The position numbers and the translations under genes are program-made. The notes beneath the pieces were generated by a model that saw only the letters and a program-made list of their open reading frames with translations, searched no databases and had not been told where the DNA came from. Shown here one piece after another: positions 1 through 6,242 of a stretch of 10,897 bases of DNA. The first letter of the stretch is position 1. Each line of letters opens with the position of its first letter. This stretch comes from Bdellovibrionia bacterium (GTDB lineage Bacteria; Bdellovibrionota; UBA1018), in assembly GCA_045805065.1 (NCBI GenBank), contig JBJMMA010000002.1, forward strand, positions 1 through 10,897, written 5' to 3'.

Positions 1-401
1 ATGCCAAGCCTTCCGCTTCCAGTAATCTCAAAGCCGTCAATATCAACGTAGCTTCCTGTGGAATTCCAGGCGATGCCCGTTCCACTCATCACGATCTTTG
101 CGCGATTTTTTGGATCAGAAACGAAGCGAATGTGTGCCGATGCGGTTCCGCTGGTCGCCGTGCGTATCCCGGAATCACCTAAGCTTGGAGCTGACACATT
201 ATAAGTACCAGCAGCGACGTGAACCGTCGTACCTGCTGATGCCGATTGAGATGCTCTAGTGATGGTCTTAAATGGAGCGCTTTGAGTACCAGAATTGGAG
301 TCGCTTCCTGCTGGCGAAACATACAGATCCGTGGCCGCCCAGCTGCTGACTGAGAACAGACCACAAGACAGAACAGTAAGAACACGAATTCGATTATTCA
401 T
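1..401 (-). CDS. Secreted DUF1565 / right-handed parallel beta-helix (pectin-lyase-like) protein, N-terminal part; 3' end lies outside the window
   Basis: Not in the ORF track. Manual translation from ATG at 401 (AGGAG at 410-406) is open to the window edge: MNNRIRVLTVLSCGLFSVSSWA-ATDLYVSPAGSDSNSGTQSAPFKTITRASQSASAGTTVHVAAGTY...RTATSGTASAHIRFVS...YVDIDGFEITG. It has a Sec signal peptide and the YVSPxGSDxNxGTxxxPFKTI...GTTVxVxxGTY motif typical of DUF1565/beta-helix N-termini. Confidence 0.88.
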   Translation of the reverse strand, partial: MNNRIRVLTVLSCGLFSVSSWAATDLYVSPAGSDSNSGTQSAPFKTITRASQSASAGTTVHVAAGTYNVSAPSLGDSGIRTATSGTASAHIRFVSDPKNRAKIVMSGTGIAWNSTGSYVDIDGFEITGSGRLG

Positions 402-691
402 TACACTCCTCGTTGCAAAATTATTTTTTATCACACATTCCCCTTTCACACGCTATACGTCTGCACAGGCTGAAATGTGTCGCCCGAAAAATTTTTTTTC
501 TGCAGAACCGTTGACCGAATTTTTCGGACCACCGGTCGTCAACGTTGACAGACGTTTTCCTGAGTTATGGGTAGAGGGTAGCGTCGAATCCGACATCACG
601 TCAATGAGTCGCGAATGTGTTTTTAACCTATATTTAAATTTTGTGTACTCTATCAGAGCACAGCATCATTCGCTTTCGGGCGACGAACTGC

Positions 692-1567
692 TCACACCAA
701 ACTGAAAGAATCGCAATACTCCGCAACCCATTTGATGATCGCTTTCGAGATGGAAGCAGTATCTCTCCGCGCTCTCAGCCACCAGATAGAAACATCATCC
801 CTGATATGAGTGCGGAGATTCAGCGTGTGAATCTTTTTTTCGACAACATAAGTGCGAGCCGACATCGCAGGAAGAGCACTCCAGCCCAGCTCATGAGCGA
901 CAGCGGATCTGAGCCCAATCACGCCATCCACAGCAAGGTCACATAACTGACGAGGACGAAAACCCAGCACTTGTTCAGGATTCGTAACCGAATGCCAGAC
1001 AAAAGGCCGCGACTGAAGAAATGCGATCAACTGAACTTCACTCAATCCCAAAACATGTTTCTTCCAGGAGTACGGAACAACCACCACCCAAGGATGGGTA
1101 GATACCTTTTTATAGGCAACCGCAGGGTCACGCGGCGCTGTCCCATGGATCACGAAATCAGACCGACTCTGTATGAGCTCTTGCTCCAGATCCGAAGCGA
1201 TCATTTTGAAAGACCATGAGTACTTCGGTTCAAAAGCCGAGCTGAGGCGATCAAACTCTGGAATGAGCATTTCTTCGGCAAGCCATGTGAAAGCCGCGAT
1301 CCGCATGCGTGGCTTCTCATCTTGAAGCCTCTTCTGGCTGTTGATGATTTCATCTGTCCATTGCGCGACTCTTCGGCCGGACTCCGTTACCGCCCAACGA
1401 TTTCCAACCTTCTGAAGAAATCCGTACTCCGCCGAGATCTTCTGCACTTTTCTAACCAGGCCAGCAGGATCCATATTCAGGAGCTGCGCGGCGCCCCTGA
1501 GAGTATCAGCCTGATTGAAAGCATTCACGATCAGACAGTATTCGGGTGGGATCGGATAATTCAGCAT
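692..1567 (-). CDS. LysR-family transcriptional regulator (divergent HTH)
   Basis: 291 aa. N-terminal TLRGAAQLLNMDPAGLVRKVQKI...VTESGRR wHTH, then MRIAAF, DFVI and LRSAVAHELGWSALP motifs of the LTTR effector domain. Divergent gene arrangement. Confidence 0.88.
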   Translation of the reverse strand: MLNYPIPPEYCLIVNAFNQADTLRGAAQLLNMDPAGLVRKVQKISAEYGFLQKVGNRWAVTESGRRVAQWTDEIINSQKRLQDEKPRMRIAAFTWLAEEMLIPEFDRLSSAFEPKYSWSFKMIASDLEQELIQSRSDFVIHGTAPRDPAVAYKKVSTHPWVVVVPYSWKKHVLGLSEVQLIAFLQSRPFVWHSVTNPEQVLGFRPRQLCDLAVDGVIGLRSAVAHELGWSALPAMSARTYVVEKKIHTLNLRTHIRDDVSIWWLRARRDTASISKAIIKWVAEYCDSFSLV

Positions 1568-1605
1568 GTTGCTGTTTTACTAACGGCATATTGGCATTTA
1601 AGCAA
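1568..1605. promoter_or_regulatory. Two putative LysR T-N11-A boxes in the divergent intergenic region
   Basis: GTT-N11-AAC at 1568-1584 and TTG-N9-CAA at 1591-1605. Their T-N11-A cores (1570-1582 and 1592-1604) are 22 bp apart, and the outer arms form ATGTTGCT(1566-1573)/AGCAACAT(1601-1608). Confidence 0.55.
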
Positions 1606-1641
1606 CATACAAGTCTCAAAAAACAGGGCAAAAGCTCCGTT

Positions 1642-2466
1642 ATGAAAAATCTAAATCTATTTTTAGCTGTCATTACCTTTACCTACTCATCCATATCCCT
1701 CGCCGAGGTACGCGAAGTCCGCTCCATGCGCGATATCCTGGGGTTTATTAATCCTCGGGGCTTTGTGGTTTTCGATATCGACAACACGATCACCGAGCCT
1801 GTCCAAACGATCGGAAGCGATCAGTTTTTCAGCTATTTGGTTGAAAAGGGAAAGGCCAGTGGACTCGCCGAGAAGGACGCGGTCGAGCAAGCTCTTCAAC
1901 AAGCATCATGGATTCAGCCCATCACAAGAGTAAAGGCGGTCGAGAGCATAACGCCCGCACTCATTGCTCATCTTCAAAGAAATGGCGTGCCTGTCGTGGC
2001 ATTGACTGCTCGCCCTTTGAAGTGGTCAGAAGGAACTCTCAGGCAGCTAGGAAGTATTTACGTAAACTTTCCGACCGCTCCGCGGCCTCGCTTCCCAGTT
2101 TTGGGTGGTTCAACGCCAGTATGCACGTACATTCGGGGAGTGCTCTTCATGTCTCCACATGGAAATAAAGGGGATTGCCTGATCGCTTATATGAATGAAA
2201 CCCGGATTCACCCGGAGCGCGTCATTTTCATTGATGACAAGGTGAAGAACGTTACAGATGTTGAAGCAGCGCTTTCGAAAACTCCCCTAACCCACACGAG
2301 CCTTAGATATGGCGCTGCGGATACTCGCGTCGCTTCCTTTGATAAAACTTTGGCCGAGTTCGAATGGGCTTACTACCTGCGTTTCAGAGTCATTCTCTCG
2401 GATCAGGAAGCCTATCGTTTGATGGGGGTCCGAAGGGTGTGCTATCACTCAGAGGCGTGCCTCTAA
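1642..2466 (+). CDS. Secreted HAD-superfamily hydrolase-like protein (DUF2608-like)
   Basis: Start moved to ATG 1642 (MKNLNLFLAVITFTYSSISLA, signal peptide), because the track start at 1546 overlaps lysR. 274 aa with HAD motifs I VVFDIDNT, II VALTAR, III NKG and IV IFIDDKVKN. Confidence 0.8.
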   Translation: MKNLNLFLAVITFTYSSISLAEVREVRSMRDILGFINPRGFVVFDIDNTITEPVQTIGSDQFFSYLVEKGKASGLAEKDAVEQALQQASWIQPITRVKAVESITPALIAHLQRNGVPVVALTARPLKWSEGTLRQLGSIYVNFPTAPRPRFPVLGGSTPVCTYIRGVLFMSPHGNKGDCLIAYMNETRIHPERVIFIDDKVKNVTDVEAALSKTPLTHTSLRYGAADTRVASFDKTLAEFEWAYYLRFRVILSDQEAYRLMGVRRVCYHSEACL

Positions 2467-2498
2467 CAAGCTGAGAGAAAGCTAGGGAGCTAAACTGC

Positions 2499-2969
2499 AT
2501 GACCTACTCAAACCTGAACTTTAAAGCCTCATCTGCGACAGACAAAGCCACGCTTCTCAAGCTTATGGAGCGTTACTATGAGTCGGATCATCTGGTTTAT
2601 TCAGAGCCAAAGGCTGATCAAGCGCTCACACAGCTTCTAAAAAACTCGAGTCTTGGACGAATCTGGTTGATCGAGGCCGATTCAAAAACCGTAGGATATG
2701 TCGCACTGACTTATGGCTTCGGACTCGAGTTTGGCGGACGTGTTGCCTTTGTTGACGAACTGTTTGTTGAAGAATCCCATCGCGGCAAAGGAATCGGGAC
2801 AGCCGCGATTCGCTGGTGCATGCAAGAGTGCCGCGCCAAAGAAATTCCATCACTTCGATTAGAGGTAACCCCCACTAATTCAAAGGCCCTTAAACTCTAC
2901 ACCCATTTGGGTTTCGTTGACCATAGCCGCTCTCTCCTGACCTATGAAGTAAGCGCCGTGCAGCCTTAA
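2499..2969 (+). CDS. GNAT-family N-acetyltransferase
   Basis: 156 aa with VDELFVEESHRGKGIGT (acetyl-CoA motif A) and LEVTPTNSKALKLYTHLGF (motif B). GGGAG RBS lies upstream. Confidence 0.92.
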   Translation: MTYSNLNFKASSATDKATLLKLMERYYESDHLVYSEPKADQALTQLLKNSSLGRIWLIEADSKTVGYVALTYGFGLEFGGRVAFVDELFVEESHRGKGIGTAAIRWCMQECRAKEIPSLRLEVTPTNSKALKLYTHLGFVDHSRSLLTYEVSAVQP

Positions 2970-4330
2970 GCGCCCTGAGGTCGCGCCTGCTTGCGTCTTT
3001 GACGACGATTATTTGGAGAAGGCGGAGGATTGTGATGGCCTGTGCGGGCATCAGAGCTCGGCTTTGCTTGACCAGGCTTTGCGTGAGCTGATCTGGCATG
3101 CGGAGAGCCTGGTTTTCTATTCTGGCTATTATGCCTGTTCTGATTGCCAGAGTGACGTCTAGGTTGTTGGCTCGGCTTATGCGCCTTTTCTGACGTTAAA
3201 CCCTCAGGAAGCGGAAGAACCGGAATTTTCTGGCGAGTGACCCGCTCAATATCGGCAAGATACGCACGTTCCTCACTGGAGCAAAGCGCAAACGCCTCGC
3301 CTTCCATGCCCCCGCGAGCGGTGCGGCCGATGCGGTGGACATAACTCTCCGGCACATTCGGAATGTCGTAATTGAATACATGAGTGACCCGGTCGATATC
3401 AATTCCGCGAGCTGCGATATCCGTCGCAACCAAAACACGGCAATGACCTTTTTTAATCCGGTCGAGAGCATTCTCGCGGGCTGACTGCGATTTATTACCG
3501 TGGATCGCGTCTGCCTTGATGCCTGCGCCATTCAGTAAGCCGGCAACCCGATTAGCGTCGCGCTTGGTACGAGTGAAAACAAGTGCGCGCTCAACGTTAA
3601 ACTTTTCAATCAGATGGATCAGAAGCGAAGTTTTGTGTCGCTTATCGACATGTACGACCGCTTGAACAATTTTCTCTGCCGTCGTGGCGACAGGCGTGAC
3701 CTCGATACGAACCGGACGCGAGAGAATCTGCTCGGAAAGCTTTCGGATCTCAGGCGGCATCGTCGCGGAAAAAAACAAGGTCTGACGATTTTTCGGAATG
3801 GCGGCAATGATGCGCCTTACATCATGAATGAAGCCCATGTCGAGCATTCGATCTGCTTCATCCAAAACCAAAATCTCGAGTCCTCGAAACCCAACTAGCC
3901 TCTGATGCATGAGATCCAGAAGTCTTCCTGGAGTTGCTACCAAGATATCCACGCCTTGGTTCAGTGCCCTGACTTGTGCTTTTTGGGCCACGCCACCGAA
4001 CACGACCGCATTTCGAAACGGAAGTTTTTTGCCGTAGTCTGAGAAACTTTGAGCGATTTGAGAGGCAAGCTCGCGCGTCGGGGTCAGAACCAGCACACGG
4101 ATGTCGCGCGTTTTGACTTCGCGCTCAGCCAGAAGCTGAAGGATAGGCAGCGCGAAGGCTGCCGTTTTTCCCGTACCCGTTTGAGCGCACGCCAGAACGT
4201 CCTTCCGCGACAAGACCAGGGGAATTGCCTGGCTTTGGATGGGAGTTGGGGTCTCATACCCCTCTGCTTTGACAGCTTCGAGCAAGGGACCAATCAGATT
4301 CAGCGATTCAAACTTTGTAGGATTTACCAT
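2966..4330 (-). CDS. rhlE: ATP-dependent DEAD-box RNA helicase, RhlE type
   Basis: 454 aa with Q motif GYETPTPIQ, AQTGTGKT, PTRELA, TPGRLLD, DEADRMLDMGF, SAT, HGNKSQ, ARGID and HRIGRTAR. It has a basic, disordered C-terminal tail and no DbpA RNA-binding domain. Confidence 0.93.
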   Translation of the reverse strand: MVNPTKFESLNLIGPLLEAVKAEGYETPTPIQSQAIPLVLSRKDVLACAQTGTGKTAAFALPILQLLAEREVKTRDIRVLVLTPTRELASQIAQSFSDYGKKLPFRNAVVFGGVAQKAQVRALNQGVDILVATPGRLLDLMHQRLVGFRGLEILVLDEADRMLDMGFIHDVRRIIAAIPKNRQTLFFSATMPPEIRKLSEQILSRPVRIEVTPVATTAEKIVQAVVHVDKRHKTSLLIHLIEKFNVERALVFTRTKRDANRVAGLLNGAGIKADAIHGNKSQSARENALDRIKKGHCRVLVATDIAARGIDIDRVTHVFNYDIPNVPESYVHRIGRTARGGMEGEAFALCSSEERAYLADIERVTRQKIPVLPLPEGLTSEKAHKPSQQPRRHSGNQNRHNSQNRKPGSPHARSAHAKPGQAKPSSDARTGHHNPPPSPNNRRQRRKQARPQGA

Positions 4331-4342
4331 GAGGGGTGACTC

Positions 4343-4385
4343 GCTTCTACTATAACTGACTTAATGAGTCAATCACAGTAGAAGC
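4343..4385 (-). promoter_or_regulatory. 19-bp stem / 5-nt loop hairpin (or operator palindrome) upstream of rhlE
   Basis: Minus-strand RNA GCUUCUACUGUGAUUGACU-CAUUA-AGUCAGUUAUAGUAGAAGC pairs continuously, with 16 Watson-Crick and 3 G-U pairs. No U-tract follows it on this strand. Confidence 0.6.
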
Positions 4386-4399
4386 CGTGTCTTTTTCAA

Positions 4400-5482
4400 T
4401 CACCCTCCGCTCGGCACCCCACCCGTAGCACTCCCGGATGGAGTTCCCCCCGAGTTCCCTGACGATGAGGTGCCGCCCGATCCTCCGCTTGGGCCTTGCG
4501 TTGCTCCTGCGCTTGGATTGGCGTTCGGGCTCGAGCTTTGAGTTGGAGTAGGACTTGGGCTTGGAGAAGGACTTGGACTTGAAGTCGCTCCAGGTCTTGG
4601 GTCCTTATAGGGACCGTCTTGTAAGATACATTTGCCAGAGCCATTGCAGCACGTGAGACCGTTGCAGTTGGTGTAACCGCTGTCACAGCTGCCGTGCTCA
4701 TCGCAACAGATATCACCCGAGAGAATCGTTCGAGGCACGCAGTGAGCCGCGCCACTGCCATACGTGATCTTGCCGCAATGTCCCTCGGCGCTGCAGCAGT
4801 AATCTCCCGTGCACTGGTGGTTGAAGCTGCAGTTGCTGCCGTCGTCCTGACAGCAGAAGCCTGTTTTGTCGCACGTGAAATGGTTGCTCGGCACGCAACC
4901 TCCCGTGGCATTGCAACAAAGCCCCTGATCATCGCAAGTGTATCCCGCGAGCGGACCTGGACCCGATCCTGGACTTGCAGTGGGACTTGCAGTGGGACTA
5001 GTTACAGGGCCCGGGCCACCGCCTCCACCTGCCGCGCCTCCCGCAACTCCTCCGGCGGCAACTCCCCCTGCTCCTCCGGCAGCCGCCGCATTGACATGCA
5101 CAGCTCCAGACATGCTTTGCTGGCCATGAATGGCACAGTGATATGGATAACTACCCGTTGCATTGAAGGTGTGCTGATAGGTCTGCCCCGGTAAAAGGTT
5201 TCCTGAATCAAACTGTCCCGGGGTATCTGAGGTTACGGTATGAGAAACCGTATCATTATTCACCCAAGTGACGGTCGCTCCAGCATTTATCTCTAGAGGA
5301 TTCTGCCCATAGGCCTGAGGACCTTTCCCGGTGGCGCCAGGCGAAATCGTCACGGTCACAGAATCAGAGGGCTGAGCCTGTGCCATGTCAAAATGTGAGG
5401 AAGAGAACGAACTAACGAACGCCAATCCTCCCGCAGTGGCAATTGCTGCGAGCAATCGATACGTCACTCGGTTTCGAGCCAT
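4400..5482 (-). CDS. Secreted plastocyanin/amicyanin-like cupredoxin fused to a Cys-rich repeat domain with G/A- and S/P/T-rich linkers
   Basis: 360 aa. Signal peptide ends ...AQA. The type-1 Cu ligand set is H81 (VTWVNNDTVSHTVT) plus C116-x2-H119-x4-M124 (YPYHCAIHGQQSMSG). Residues 183-285 contain 20 Cys. GGAG RBS lies upstream. Confidence 0.88.
   Translation of the reverse strand: MARNRVTYRLLAAIATAGGLAFVSSFSSSHFDMAQAQPSDSVTVTISPGATGKGPQAYGQNPLEINAGATVTWVNNDTVSHTVTSDTPGQFDSGNLLPGQTYQHTFNATGSYPYHCAIHGQQSMSGAVHVNAAAAGGAGGVAAGGVAGGAAGGGGGPGPVTSPTASPTASPGSGPGPLAGYTCDDQGLCCNATGGCVPSNHFTCDKTGFCCQDDGSNCSFNHQCTGDYCCSAEGHCGKITYGSGAAHCVPRTILSGDICCDEHGSCDSGYTNCNGLTCCNGSGKCILQDGPYKDPRPGATSSPSPSPSPSPTPTQSSSPNANPSAGATQGPSGGSGGTSSSGNSGGTPSGSATGGVPSGG
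4628..4936 (-). repeat. Five degenerate protein-level repeats C-x(4-10)-CC-x(5-6)-C
   Basis: The units are CDDQGLCCNATGGC, CDKTGFCCQDDGSNC, CTGDYCCSAEGHC, CVPRTILSGDICCDEHGSC and CNGLTCCNGSGKC. Confidence 0.85.
4971..4999. repeat. In-frame 12-bp tandem repeat encoding the SPTASPTASP linker
   Basis: GGACTTGCAGTG occurs twice, followed by GGACT. Confidence 0.85.
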
Positions 5483-5551
5483 AGGTCACACTCCAGAGTT
5501 AAATTGTATGTGCCCCCGAGCTGTGCAAACGACATTCCCCGATGTTTCGAT

Positions 5552-6184
5552 TCACCTTCCCATCAGCAGCCAGATTCTTTCTTTTGCTTCTACATGTCCC
5601 TTCATTTTCACAGCGGCGCTGCCAAGTTCAATGACATGGTATCGCTCTTCATAGCGCTTCCTGACTTCATCCTGAGAGATGGAAAACGGCGGACCATCCA
5701 TCTGAGCCTGATTGTACTCATAAGTAATCAGAAGCTGCGGGGCCTGATTCGTGATCTGCATTAAATGAGGAGAATATCTGTGGCGCATCTCTTCAGGAAG
5801 AGCGACTAAGGCGGCTCTGTCATAAACCGCATCCACGGAGCCCAAGCTATCAGTGGACAATCTGAAAAAATCGCCGACAAAGATATCTATACCCGCACTC
5901 GAGTAACGCGTCACATCTCCTAGATCAAATATCTCTGGAACTACGCCCAGCTCATGGAAAAGCTGCTCAATAGCCAGCTTGCTCAGTTCAGCACCTACGA
6001 CACGATATCCGTTTGCCAGCAACCAGGCGATGTCGCGTGTCTTTCCGCAAAGAGGCAGAAAAATGCGGGCCCCTTTGGGCAAGTTCAGTCTGTCAAAATA
6101 CCGAACCAAAAGAGGATTGGCTTCGCTCAGGTGAAAGCCAATATTGTTTTGCTCCCATCGCTCATGCCAGAACTTTGCGTCCAT
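5552..6184 (-). CDS. tpm: Thiopurine S-methyltransferase (bacterial TPMT, Se/Te methylation family)
   Basis: 210 aa with FWHERW...IGFH, IFLPLCGKTRD, VVGAELS, GDFF, YDRAALVALP and GPPFS, all TPMT signatures. AGGAG RBS lies upstream. Confidence 0.93.
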   Translation of the reverse strand: MDAKFWHERWEQNNIGFHLSEANPLLVRYFDRLNLPKGARIFLPLCGKTRDIAWLLANGYRVVGAELSKLAIEQLFHELGVVPEIFDLGDVTRYSSAGIDIFVGDFFRLSTDSLGSVDAVYDRAALVALPEEMRHRYSPHLMQITNQAPQLLITYEYNQAQMDGPPFSISQDEVRKRYEERYHVIELGSAAVKMKGHVEAKERIWLLMGR

Positions 6185-6211
6185 ATTCGCTCCTATTCAT
6201 GTTACGACACA

Positions 6212-6231
6212 ACCTCAAGTTAACTTGAGGT
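6212..6231. promoter_or_regulatory. MerR-family operator identical to the SoxR box, inside a long-spacer promoter for tpm
   Basis: Perfect 20-bp palindrome ACCTCAAGTTAACTTGAGGT. On the minus strand, -35 TTGACC (6234-6229) overlaps it, followed by a 19-bp spacer and a weak -10 (TGTCGT). Confidence 0.85.
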
Positions 6232-6242
6232 CAAGCCATCAA

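Noticed and set aside
179..385. 68-aa minus-strand ORF with a hydrophobic start
   Set aside because: It is an alternative frame inside the better-supported beta-helix gene starting at 401.
295..705. 136-aa plus-strand ORF across the long intergenic region
   Set aside because: It overlaps the real minus-strand gene antisense, has no recognisable motif or RBS, and its Phe-rich composition reflects AT tracts.
1546..1641. N-terminal extension of the DUF2608-like ORF
   Set aside because: It overlaps the lysR start and regulatory region. ATG 1642 gives a clean signal peptide.
4535..4585. GGACTT/GGAGTT-type hexamer periodicity as a CRISPR array or DNA repeat element
   Set aside because: It simply encodes the (SP)n(TP) linker and has no repeat-spacer structure.
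4628..4936. Cys-rich region as a multiheme cytochrome, ferredoxin or RiPP precursor
   Set aside because: There are no CxxCH or CxxCxxC motifs, and no radical SAM enzyme, dedicated maturation protease or transporter next to it.
4396..5194. Long alternative-frame ORFs 4396-4932 (-) and 4694-5194 (+) as overlapping genes
   Set aside because: They are Ala/Thr/Arg-rich shadow frames of a GC-rich, low-complexity coding region, with no independent motifs.
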